A stretch of DNA of 64,000 bases, taken from positions 12,930-76,929 of the forward strand of contig CABHOV010000037.1 in NCBI GenBank assembly GCA_902168185.1. Direction: 5' to 3'. The translations under genes and the position numbers were made by a program. Positions within the stretch are counted from its first letter, which is position 1. Each line of letters begins with the position of its first letter. Source of the stretch: an uncultured Bacteroides sp. (lineage in GTDB: Bacteria; Bacteroidota; Bacteroidia; Cytophagales; Cyclobacteriaceae). The notes below the pieces were generated by a model, which made no database searches, was not told the origin of the DNA, and worked only from the letters and a program-made list of their open reading frames with translations. This document shows, in pieces, positions 8,628 through 16,927 of this stretch.

Positions 8628-9881
8628 ATGAATAGCACGATCATGGATTCCGGCATGGAGCTCCTGGCAAAAACCGGGCAAGCGTTATTGTTGGCACGTG
8701 ATCTAAGCAGTGCAACGTGCATTGTAAGTTCTGTCGCACGAAAAATTGCCGAGGCCGATGGTGCTACATTTATTTTACGTGAAGGAAACTATAGTTTCTA
8801 TGCGGATGAAGATGCCATGAGTCCTTTGTGGAAAGGAAGTCGCTTCCCTATAGATTCTTGTCTGGGCGGCTGGTCTATGACACATGGAAAGATGGCTATC
8901 ATTGAAGATGTTTATGCAGACGATCGGGTGTCACCAGATATATACCATCCTACATTTGTAAAAAGCCTTGCGATCGTACCCATTGGTACAGACCATGCGG
9001 CAGGCGCGCTAGGTGTATATTGGGCGGAACACCGTGTGATTTCACATGAAGAGATAGCGCTACTGCAATCACTGGCAGATCTGGCAGCAGGCGCGCTCGA
9101 AAGCATCAAAATATATACTGACCTGGAACAACGCGCTAAAGATGCTGCCGGGCAACATGAACTGGTAAGTAAAGAGCTTGCACTGATTACGAAAGAGTTT
9201 GAGTCCTTTTCCTATTCTATATCGCACGATCTTCGTGCTCCGCTTCGTGCGATCATTGGCTTTTCGAAGATGTTAGAGGAAGACTATAGCAAGACGCTTG
9301 ACATGGAGGGGCAACGTGTACTCGGTGTCATTCAGAGGAACGCAGGAAAAATGGACACGCTGATCAATGACCTGCTAAAATTTTCACGTCTTGCGCGAAA
9401 GGAATTACAAAGAACTACCATTGATACCTACAAACTCCTGCAGAGCACGATCAATGAAATCAACCAATCCACTGTACATAAAAGCACGATCCAGATAGGT
9501 ACGTTGTTACCATCCTATGCAGACTATTCTTTGCTTAGCCAGGTGTGGGCAAACTTGATATCGAATGCAATTAAATTTTCCTCCAGGAAAGAAAGACCTT
9601 TTATTGAAATAGGCTCGTATAAAAAGGACAATGAAATTATTTATTTCATCAAAGACAACGGTGCAGGCTTTAACATGGCGTACGCTGACAAGTTGTTCGG
9701 TGTCTTTCAACGATTGCATAAGCCAACGGAATTTGAAGGAACCGGAGTAGGACTCGCCATTGTGCACCGGATCGTTACCAAGCATGGTGGCACGGTGTGG
9801 GCTGATGCGATGCTATCTGAAGGTGCAACGTTTTACTTTTCATTACCGGATCATGAAAATCAGGCTATCAAGAATATATAA
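8628..9881 (+). CDS. GAF-domain sensor histidine kinase (GAF-HisKA-HATPase)
   Basis: N-terminal GAF pattern, H-box [17 protein letters not shown]-box NLISNAIKFS and G-boxes DNGAGF / GTGVGLAIV. 417 aa. Confidence 0.9.
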   Translation: MNSTIMDSGMELLAKTGQALLLARDLSSATCIVSSVARKIAEADGATFILREGNYSFYADEDAMSPLWKGSRFPIDSCLGGWSMTHGKMAIIEDVYADDRVSPDIYHPTFVKSLAIVPIGTDHAAGALGVYWAEHRVISHEEIALLQSLADLAAGALESIKIYTDLEQRAKDAAGQHELVSKELALITKEFESFSYSISHDLRAPLRAIIGFSKMLEEDYSKTLDMEGQRVLGVIQRNAGKMDTLINDLLKFSRLARKELQRTTIDTYKLLQSTINEINQSTVHKSTIQIGTLLPSYADYSLLSQVWANLISNAIKFSSRKERPFIEIGSYKKDNEIIYFIKDNGAGFNMAYADKLFGVFQRLHKPTEFEGTGVGLAIVHRIVTKHGGTVWADAMLSEGATFYFSLPDHENQAIKNI

Positions 9882-9904
9882 AAGGTATATATAGTTTATT
9901 CCGT

Positions 9905-10918
9905 CTAGACCTTGTCCGTCCGCGACTTTCCAGTATATAGATCATCCTTTTTTACAATGAGTGCTGTGATCAAAGTATAATAATCTTCTTTCGAAGAAAT
10001 TGAAGTATTTGTTTGCAGCAAATCTTTTGTCTCTTCATCCAGAAGTTTAGTGATGGTTTTAATTACATCGTCAAGCTCTGTAGCACACACATCCATCATA
10101 TTTATATGCTCCACCAGTTCATGATCATAATTATCCTGCGATGAAACAGTAATGCGTTTCATCAGGTATATGAGCCCGAGAATACGCGCCAGCGGCCCCC
10201 TCACCTTGTGCGAGTTAAAGAATGCGTATTCAATCAGTTTCCTGTTCAAGATCTGGATATCCTTCATTCGCTCCTCCACCAGCACCTCAAGTCTTTTATT
10301 ATAGGTTGCAATCGCTTCATTCTGAGTCGAAATTTCAATGCTGGTTTGCTCCAATTGTTCATGGGCATCAAAAACCCGAACTCGCTCCTTTTCAAATTCG
10401 CATTTATAGAGGTAATTAATATATACTGTATTGCCGATGCATGCTATTATCTCAAAGATATTCATGAGAACAGTATCGTCTTTACCATCATCTATTATCC
10501 ATTCAGAATGACATAACTGAACATATGCCATCATACTCAGCACAAAAAAATATATCGCTATAAATGCATTTCGATCGCGCCCTGAAAAAATGGTAAGGAG
10601 AACAATGATGAGTCCAAACATATACAGAGAGTTTATACCAAATATCCCTCCTTGAAAAAAGAATCCGCCTATAATGGAAAGTATGAATATACACATCACA
10701 AACACGGTGCTCCCATACGAACCACGGGTATAGATGATCAATCCATAGCATGAACCGTAGACTACTACACTTACGGCTGCCTTTAGGGCGGCATCGTAAC
10801 TAGATTTGTATAAATCAAAAGTTAAATACAGGAGAATAATAAGAATCGTACTCCGTACAAAACGCAGTAAGATGTTAATCTCCAATGTTCGCTGATGCGC
10901 AGGATATAGGTCGATCAT
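9905..10918 (-). CDS. Polytopic membrane protein with a C-terminal DHp (HisKA-like) domain but no ATPase domain
   Basis: About 5-6 hydrophobic helices in the first ~170 aa, then a coiled coil, then the H-box-like FNSHKVRGPLARILGLIYLMK. The remaining ~80 aa contain no N/G1/G2 boxes. The ORF-track start at 10930 is a TTG; the first ATG is at 10916-10918. Confidence 0.7.
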   Translation of the reverse strand: MIDLYPAHQRTLEINILLRFVRSTILIILLYLTFDLYKSSYDAALKAAVSVVVYGSCYGLIIYTRGSYGSTVFVMCIFILSIIGGFFFQGGIFGINSLYMFGLIIVLLTIFSGRDRNAFIAIYFFVLSMMAYVQLCHSEWIIDDGKDDTVLMNIFEIIACIGNTVYINYLYKCEFEKERVRVFDAHEQLEQTSIEISTQNEAIATYNKRLEVLVEERMKDIQILNRKLIEYAFFNSHKVRGPLARILGLIYLMKRITVSSQDNYDHELVEHINMMDVCATELDDVIKTITKLLDEETKDLLQTNTSISSKEDYYTLITALIVKKDDLYTGKSRTDKV

Positions 10919-10930
10919 CTCATTTAGCAA

Positions 10931-11040
10931 TTACCGTTCACTCTGGCGCTGCAAAGTTTGCAACTCAAATACGTGATATACTTCCTCCATATCCCGAATA
11001 ATAATTATTTCTTCCCTTGACTCGGACGGAAGCCATTCTT
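10931..11040 (-). pseudogene. 3'-terminal fragment (~35 codons plus stop) of a STAS-like gene, paralogous to 12050-12520
   Basis: The minus strand translates to ..SESREEIIIIRDMEEVYHVFELQTLQRQSER*. Compare the intact C-terminus ..SESRVETIVLRDMEEVYRVFELQTFQRQSER*. No upstream coding continuation exists; similarity ends near 11040. Confidence 0.8.
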
Positions 11041-11054
11041 TACCAGTTTGTTAC

Positions 11055-11497
11055 ACGGATACTCATGGCATCGATTAACGGTCAACCATGAATCAATACC
11101 ACAGGTTTGCCTCACCAAGATCAGTAACGTGCAACTCTACATTCGGCTTTACGTCTATATATTCGCTTCTGCCCAATAATGCATTAACGCGGTTGCGCAC
11201 CGTAAGGTGTACTAAAATTTATAACAGCAGATACAATCGGCCAGATTGATTTTGAAAAGATGTTTTTTCATTCGTATTTCATTTGGTGTTTTTTAATTAT
11301 CATCAACACAAAAGTATACGAAGGGAATCGCCTTAGGAATAGACAAAAGACTACTGGTGTTGGACGTTTTCCCCTGGAACGGTATAATAGTTCATCTTGA
11401 ACTCTGCAGGCGACTCCTCTGAAGCCTTCATGAAGAGCTTTGTAAAGTAGCGAGATCCTCAGCAGCCGTTTCACTTCGAGCACAATTCTGTTTTTTT
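11055..11497 (-). pseudogene. Degenerate copy of 7187-7685 (5' end of the hydrolase gene, its intergenic promoter region and the 3' end of the AraC gene)
   Basis: Aligned by eye at roughly 85% identity, with small indels and a ~50-bp deletion corresponding to 7600-7650. The start-codon remnant is at 11280-11282. The -7 box TACTTTTG is conserved at 11309-11316. Frames are broken; track ORF 11268-11504 is the AraC C-terminal remnant. Confidence 0.85.
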
Positions 11498-12037
11498 GCT
11501 CCAATCACTCATTGACATCAAAACCCCCAAACCCGCTCGTTTTAAAAATTCGCATTTGTGGAAGTAATTAATATATACCGTATTGCCTATGATATTCATG
11601 AGAACAGTATCGTCTTTACCGTCATCTATTATCCATTCGAACAATACAGATGAAGGAGAACCATCATCCCCAAGTACCAGAAATATACATTTTGGTCGCT
11701 TCAAGAAAAAAATGATGGAGAACAATAATGAGACCGAATATGTTCAGGGAGTTTATACCAAACATCCCACCCTGAAAAAAGAATCCTCCTGTAATTGAAA
11801 GTATAAATATACACATCACAAACCTGGTGCTCCAACGCGAACCGCTGGTATAGATGATCAATCCATAGCATGCACCATATAATGCTATGCTTACCGCTGC
11901 CTTTAGGGCGGCATCGTAATTAGATTTGTATAAATCAAAAGTTAAGTAAAGGAGAATAATAAGAATCGTACTCAGTATAAACGCAGTAAGATGTTAATCT
12001 CCAATGTTCGCTGATGCGCAGAATATCGGCCGATCAT
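11498..12037 (-). pseudogene. Decayed copy of the 5' ~580 bp of the DHp-membrane gene (copy of 10347-10918)
   Basis: Track fragments 11471-11725 (..EWIIDDGKDDTVLMNIIGNTVYINYFHKCEF..) and 11664-11861 (..MIIYTSGSRWSTRFVMCIFILSITGGFFFQGGMFGINSL..) match residues of the 9905-10918 protein but lie in different frames and carry deletions. The ATG remnant is at 12035-12037. Confidence 0.85.
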
Positions 12038-12049
12038 CTCATTTAGCTA

Positions 12050-12520
12050 TTACCGTTCGCTCTGGCGCTGGAAAGTTTGCAACTCGAATACGCGGTATAC
12101 TTCCTCCATATCCCGCAGAACAATTGTTTCCACTCTTGACTCGGACAATCGCAAGAAGTATCCACCGGGCTGATCCTCGGCTTCCGGAAGTACTACATCA
12201 TCCGGGGCCACGATAACACGCTTGAATCGCTGCCGTGAAATAGTTCTAACGAAATATTTCTTAACGTACTCGAGCGTGGCAGCAGTCGCATAGCGTTGTG
12301 ACTCTTTGCTGATACTTTTATGATCCAGTATATTAAATATTATTCCCGCGGGATGATGCTTAACCATCAGGTCCGCGATAGTATCAATACCTGCTTTGAA
12401 TATAAGCTCTGGAGTAAAGCCTTGCCATATTATTTCCATAATCTCGTCATCCACCATATTGACGATCAAATATGTTCGCCCCGTAGTGGTCGTGAGCCTG
12501 AGCAATTCTATTGTATTCAT
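12050..12520 (-). CDS. SpoIIAA/STAS-like protein, divergent long member (P6)
   Basis: Likely start MNTIELLRL (ATG 12518-12520). It shares the beta-alpha pattern and position with the neighbouring paralogs. Its 3' end is duplicated at 10931-11040. Confidence 0.6.
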   Translation of the reverse strand: MNTIELLRLTTTTGRTYLIVNMVDDEIMEIIWQGFTPELIFKAGIDTIADLMVKHHPAGIIFNILDHKSISKESQRYATAATLEYVKKYFVRTISRQRFKRVIVAPDDVVLPEAEDQPGGYFLRLSESRVETIVLRDMEEVYRVFELQTFQRQSER

Positions 12521-12613
12521 AGACGTTGATTCATAAACGGTGTTGCAGTATGATGCTTGCATCTTACTTGTTGTACACCGATAAACAACTTTGTTAATTC
12601 TTGCTATATATAT

Positions 12614-13006
12614 TTACTGTTGTTTGATCCAGACAATGGCTGCATCCATACTTTCGAAGTAAGAAAATCTTAAAATCTCCGTTACCTGGCCCATCGTTTC
12701 TTCTACAGACATCTTGGTAAAAATCTCCGTTGGCAGAACAATAGCGAGATGAGAATACCCCGCGCTAATAGCCTTTATTGTCCATTCTGTAACAGACCAC
12801 GTCTGATCATCCGGATGGATTGTGCCCAGATGCGTTGTATCTGCAATGACTTTACCAGTCTTAAAGTCCTCTATCGCGGCAAGCAACGCATTCAAAGCGG
12901 CCCTGTATTCTTCCGAAGTAGAAGCAGCTTTCCAGCGCATAACCACAGCATTCGCTTCTGCACTATAATAAACTACCACATAGTCTTGATCGAAATATAT
13001 TTCCAT
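12614..13006 (-). CDS. Small SpoIIAA/STAS-like protein, array paralog P1 (130 aa)
   Basis: Aligns without gaps to P2-P5, with 16 invariant residues: F5, S31, E33, R35, A44, T50, G51, G61, D67, W70, G83, A88, F96, F117, A123, W126. Confidence 0.7.
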   Translation of the reverse strand: MEIYFDQDYVVVYYSAEANAVVMRWKAASTSEEYRAALNALLAAIEDFKTGKVIADTTHLGTIHPDDQTWSVTEWTIKAISAGYSHLAIVLPTEIFTKMSVEETMGQVTEILRFSYFESMDAAIVWIKQQ

Positions 13007-13291
13007 AGTATTGGGTATATATAGTATTTGAACAGATAAGGTTTAATCACATCGAGCAATTGAAATTTTACAGCCACTCTTTGGCTGACTCGACACTCGA
13101 TGACGTTTTCATTTTAAAAATCGCTTCAGATTATTAACACCCATTTTTGAAGTGTCGCCTGTAACTATAATGCAAGGCACTGCTGAATCAAAATCTATCG
13201 TGCCGCTTTCCAGTGTGTGTAATCTTGTAACCATTCTATATCTTTTACTCTCAACAATGACGCATTATTAATTATAGTATAGCGTATAGCA

Positions 13292-13684
13292 TTACTGCTT
13301 TACAATCCAATCGCAGGCATCTTTTAAGTTATCAAAATAACAGTCTGTGAAAGATCTACTTGCATCTACTTTAAGTGACTCGATACTCATTTGAGCAAAA
13401 ATATCGGCAGGCATAATAATGGCAGCATGAGTCAGGCCTGCCTTCCCCGCTGCAGGAAACCAACTCGCTATAGCCCACTCGGTATCATCCGGATGGAGGG
13501 CCCCAACATTTTGAATATTGAAAATAACTTTTCCAGTTCTGAATTTATCGATAGCAACAAGAAGGCTATTCAAGCCTTCCCTATATTCCACTGACATCGG
13601 AGACATTATCCATTTCATGATCAGCATACCATTATCCTTATCAAAGTGGATGCTGGCGTACTCTTTTTCAAAATAAAGTTCCAT
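13292..13684 (-). CDS. Small SpoIIAA/STAS-like protein, array paralog P2 (130 aa)
   Basis: Same gap-free family alignment (MELYFEKEY...KWIMSPMSVEYR...RTGKVI...HPDDTEW...AG..HAAIIMP..IF...DWIVKQ). Confidence 0.7.
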   Translation of the reverse strand: MELYFEKEYASIHFDKDNGMLIMKWIMSPMSVEYREGLNSLLVAIDKFRTGKVIFNIQNVGALHPDDTEWAIASWFPAAGKAGLTHAAIIMPADIFAQMSIESLKVDASRSFTDCYFDNLKDACDWIVKQ

Positions 13685-13713
13685 GTCTATAATTAATTTA
13701 TACTATATGTGCA

Positions 13714-14151
13714 TTATTTATCCGCACGTTCGCTTTTCAAAACTTCATCACCATGAATGAAACCTTCGTTTATCCAGTCGTATGCCTCTTGTTCCGTACC
13801 AAAGTAACCTGTTGGTATTCTCTTTTTTACCATGGTTGTTGCGCCTGTTACACTGAACTGAGCAAATGTTCCTTCAGGAATTATGAAAGCAACTTTTTCA
13901 TACCCTGCATTTATAGCCAGTTCATACCAATATTCTGCAATCCATTGCTGGTCTTCCAGAAACAATGCACCAAGCCCACTGGTCTCGAAGATTACCCTGC
14001 CGGTTTTAAAATGCTGCATAGCACCAATGAGAACCAGCATTCCGTCACGGAACTCCTTGGATAACGATGGTTTTATAAACGTAGTAACCAACGCACAATT
14101 CGTTTCATCGTACTGAATCGTGATATAGTCTTCCTTAAAAAAAATTCGCAT
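13714..14151 (-). CDS. Small SpoIIAA/STAS-like protein, array paralog P3 (145 aa, C-terminal extension)
   Basis: Same family alignment (MRIFFKEDY...SLSKEFR...KTGRVI...LEDQQW...AG...AFIIP...DWI) plus an extra acidic tail of 18 aa. Confidence 0.7.
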   Translation of the reverse strand: MRIFFKEDYITIQYDETNCALVTTFIKPSLSKEFRDGMLVLIGAMQHFKTGRVIFETSGLGALFLEDQQWIAEYWYELAINAGYEKVAFIIPEGTFAQFSVTGATTMVKKRIPTGYFGTEQEAYDWINEGFIHGDEVLKSERADK

Positions 14152-14173
14152 ATATATACTTGCTTAAACTTAC

Positions 14174-14566
14174 TTAGCGATTAATCAACCACTCCAATGC
14201 CAAATCAATATTACTAAAGTAGGCAAACGGTACTAAGTCGGCACCCTGGCTGATCGTATCTTCTACCGAGAATTGTGTAAAAATATCCTGTGGTATAATA
14301 AAAGCTGCATATGAGCCACCAGCGCTTTTAAACTCCAGCGCGTATTCTGTAGATGCCCATTTCTGATCGTCTGGATGTATAGTACCCAGATGTGTAGTGT
14401 CCCACACAATTTTACCAGTTCCATATTCTTTAACCGCATCGATAGCTTTATACGACCCTGCACGCAGTTCTTCTGACGTTGGAGGTACAAGCCATTGTGC
14501 TATTATAACTCTCCGTATCACATCGAAGCTGATCAACATATAGTCGACTTGAAAGTATGTTTCCAT
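14174..14566 (-). CDS. Small SpoIIAA/STAS-like protein, array paralog P4 (130 aa)
   Basis: Same family alignment (METYFQVDY...QWLVPPTSEELR...GTGKIV...HPDDQKW...AG...AFIIP..IF...EWLINR). Confidence 0.7.
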   Translation of the reverse strand: METYFQVDYMLISFDVIRRVIIAQWLVPPTSEELRAGSYKAIDAVKEYGTGKIVWDTTHLGTIHPDDQKWASTEYALEFKSAGGSYAAFIIPQDIFTQFSVEDTISQGADLVPFAYFSNIDLALEWLINR

Positions 14567-14649
14567 CGTATCTTTAATTTTAGATATTCTTCACGCGTTG
14601 TTCACTGACATGATACCTACACGGTGCACTGATATATATACTATACCGG

Positions 14650-16329
14650 TTATGCCATTTTAAATTTCCGTAGCTCTTCTTCTGTGGCCTTAAGCTTTTC
14701 AATGATCTTGTTTGTCGCCTGTCTGTTACTTTCAGAAGCAATTCGCGCACGTTCTGCGTCCGCTGCCTGTACACGATCAAGCTCATGTTGTTTTCGAACC
14801 ATTTCTTCTTGTGTCGCCTGAAGCTCTTCAAGATTTTGCCGCATCTCTTCTTCTGTTGAACGCATCTCCTCTGCCTGGCGCTGTGATGACTCTAACAAGC
14901 TTTGCATTTTCTCAGTAGTTCGTACACTCTGCAATGCAGACGCAACAAACTCTCCGGCTTTCTCGAGGAAGGCTAATTGATAATCTTCGAATTCTTCAAG
15001 GCTTGCAAGTTCAATGATCGCTTCGGTTTTATCATTGTATTTCATCGGCACGATCACAACAGAGCGAGGCGTAGCTTCACCCATTCCAGAAGTTATATAG
15101 GTATATCCTTGGGGTACCTTCGTAAGAAATGTAGTTTGCCCTTCCAGGTATGCCTGACCAATCAGGCCGACACCAATTTCGATTCGCCGTTCAACGAATT
15201 TCTTTCTATCAAAAGCGTAACACGCAGTAAGTTCAAGGTAAGGTTCTGTTTCGTCTTCTTTTAATACGAAAAGTCCAGCCTGCTGGGCACCCATATATTT
15301 CGTTAGGAATCGTACAACTTCATTCGACAAGTCCAAAAAGTTATTCTGATGATTGCGAACCGTCTCTGAAAATTTGGTCAATCCTTCATTCGTCCACAAT
15401 CTGCGCTCTTCTTCTTTTTTCATTTGCTTCAACTGATCACGCATATTGACAAGTCTTCCTGCCAGGTTAACTTCGTTGAGACTTCTGTTTGCATCGTTCA
15501 GCGCAGCCCACTCGGTATCATATTTACCGACAGAGATATCCTCAATAAATCCACTTGCCTGCTGGAGATTACTGATGGATCGCTCGATCATTTCTTTAGG
15601 GTTTTCAAAATATACTTCCGACCCAGGATTGAATACATATTTACGATTGTTCTCTTCCAGCGAAGCCAACAGAGAGAGACGTGAACGATCATCACTCTTA
15701 ATTTTATACACTATAAAACCTAACGTTGGAAGGCTTACGACCAAAATAAAAATCTGCAAGTATATATTACCATCGATCGCAGCCTGATAGCTGTCCTCTG
15801 CCTTCCACAGCATCGCATCTTCAAAAATCTGCACCTTTACCCCAACATCATTCCAATGCATGAATACCTTTAATCCACGATCCTCTACCAACATCTTTTG
15901 AAATGTATGCATACTGTCGACATCTACCATATGTTCCATCTGCGTTACAAATTCACCATATTCTACAAATGTTTTTTTAAGATCTCTCAGCCCAGATATA
16001 TCATAGGATTGCGCCAACAGTCTTGTTTCAAGCTCGCTAAACATTGCATCAAGCCCTTTGATCGCTGACGTTGTAGGGCCCAACATCTCTTTATTCTTTG
16101 TAACGCCATACGCCCGTATACCCAGATCCATGTTATGGAGTGTATAGCTTATCAATTGTTCTACTTTAAAGCTGATGGCCTTTGCCTCCTGCTTGATGTT
16201 ATTATTCTTTACGATGGTCTTCTTATATTGAAAAATGAGGGCAACATTCATGATCAGGAGTCCGGCAATCAATACAACAGCCATGAGAATTATATTCCTT
16301 GCAAAAAAATTCTTAATCCGTTTTTTCAT
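14650..16329 (-). CDS. Membrane sensor without enzymatic output: TM, helical extracytoplasmic domain (CHASE3-like), TM, HAMP-like linker, GAF, C-terminal coiled coil
   Basis: Two hydrophobic helices (residues ~12-34 and ~190-210). GAF pattern (..GAQQAGLFVL...GVGLIGQAYLEGQ...SVVIVPM...IIELASLE). The tail carries EEEMRQNLEELQATQEEM at 14800-14853. No kinase, cyclase, PP2C or HTH motif is seen. Confidence 0.75.
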   Translation of the reverse strand: MKKRIKNFFARNIILMAVVLIAGLLIMNVALIFQYKKTIVKNNNIKQEAKAISFKVEQLISYTLHNMDLGIRAYGVTKNKEMLGPTTSAIKGLDAMFSELETRLLAQSYDISGLRDLKKTFVEYGEFVTQMEHMVDVDSMHTFQKMLVEDRGLKVFMHWNDVGVKVQIFEDAMLWKAEDSYQAAIDGNIYLQIFILVVSLPTLGFIVYKIKSDDRSRLSLLASLEENNRKYVFNPGSEVYFENPKEMIERSISNLQQASGFIEDISVGKYDTEWAALNDANRSLNEVNLAGRLVNMRDQLKQMKKEEERRLWTNEGLTKFSETVRNHQNNFLDLSNEVVRFLTKYMGAQQAGLFVLKEDETEPYLELTACYAFDRKKFVERRIEIGVGLIGQAYLEGQTTFLTKVPQGYTYITSGMGEATPRSVVIVPMKYNDKTEAIIELASLEEFEDYQLAFLEKAGEFVASALQSVRTTEKMQSLLESSQRQAEEMRSTEEEMRQNLEELQATQEEMVRKQHELDRVQAADAERARIASESNRQATNKIIEKLKATEEELRKFKMA

Positions 16330-16380
16330 TCTGGTATATTCGGTGAAGAGTTAAGTATATAATTGAATATTCCTGTTGCC

Positions 16381-16794
16381 TTAGATTGATTCTGTGCGCT
16401 TATATTCAGTGTTCATCCAGTCATGTGCTGCCTGGTGATTATCGAAAGTGGCAAAGAGGAGTATACCAACTTCTTTACTGACTACATCATCTGATGGCAG
16501 TTTTAAAAAATCGTCCGTGGATATAATCGTAGCTTGATGAGAGTAACCCGATCGCACCGCCATATTGGTCCAGGTTGTAGCAGACCATTGCCGGTCTTCA
16601 GATGCAATTTCACCTAGCTGTACTGTGTCCATTATAACTTTACCGGTTTTAAATTGCTGCATGGCAAAAAGCAAAGTATTAAGTCCCAGCCTATATTCTT
16701 CCGAAGTGGGATTACTCTTCCATTTCATCACAACGATTGCATTACGCTTGTCATGTTCGATACTCACAAATTCCTTTTCAAAGTAGGGCTGCAT
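16381..16794 (-). CDS. Small SpoIIAA/STAS-like protein, array paralog P5 (137 aa)
   Basis: Same family alignment (MQPYFEKEF...KWKSNPTSEEYR...KTGKVI...SEDRQW...SG...DWMNTE). It sits between the two GAF sensor genes. Confidence 0.7.
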   Translation of the reverse strand: MQPYFEKEFVSIEHDKRNAIVVMKWKSNPTSEEYRLGLNTLLFAMQQFKTGKVIMDTVQLGEIASEDRQWSATTWTNMAVRSGYSHQATIISTDDFLKLPSDDVVSKEVGILLFATFDNHQAAHDWMNTEYKRTESI

Positions 16795-16927
16795 ACTAAT
16801 TATCTATTATATAGGTATATACTTTTCGGTGTCATTGTCACCGCTACATCACTTTTGGATCCGTCTAATACATAAAGTGTATTCAAATTCTATACATACA
16901 GAATCTATAGCGCTTCTGTATCTCGTT

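Noticed and set aside
11268-11861. Track ORFs 11268-11504, 11471-11725, 11583-11798 and 11664-11861 as real genes
   Set aside because: They are frame-shifted fragments matching parts of the AraC and DHp-membrane proteins, or lie antisense to them. They are interpreted as pseudogene debris of the duplication.
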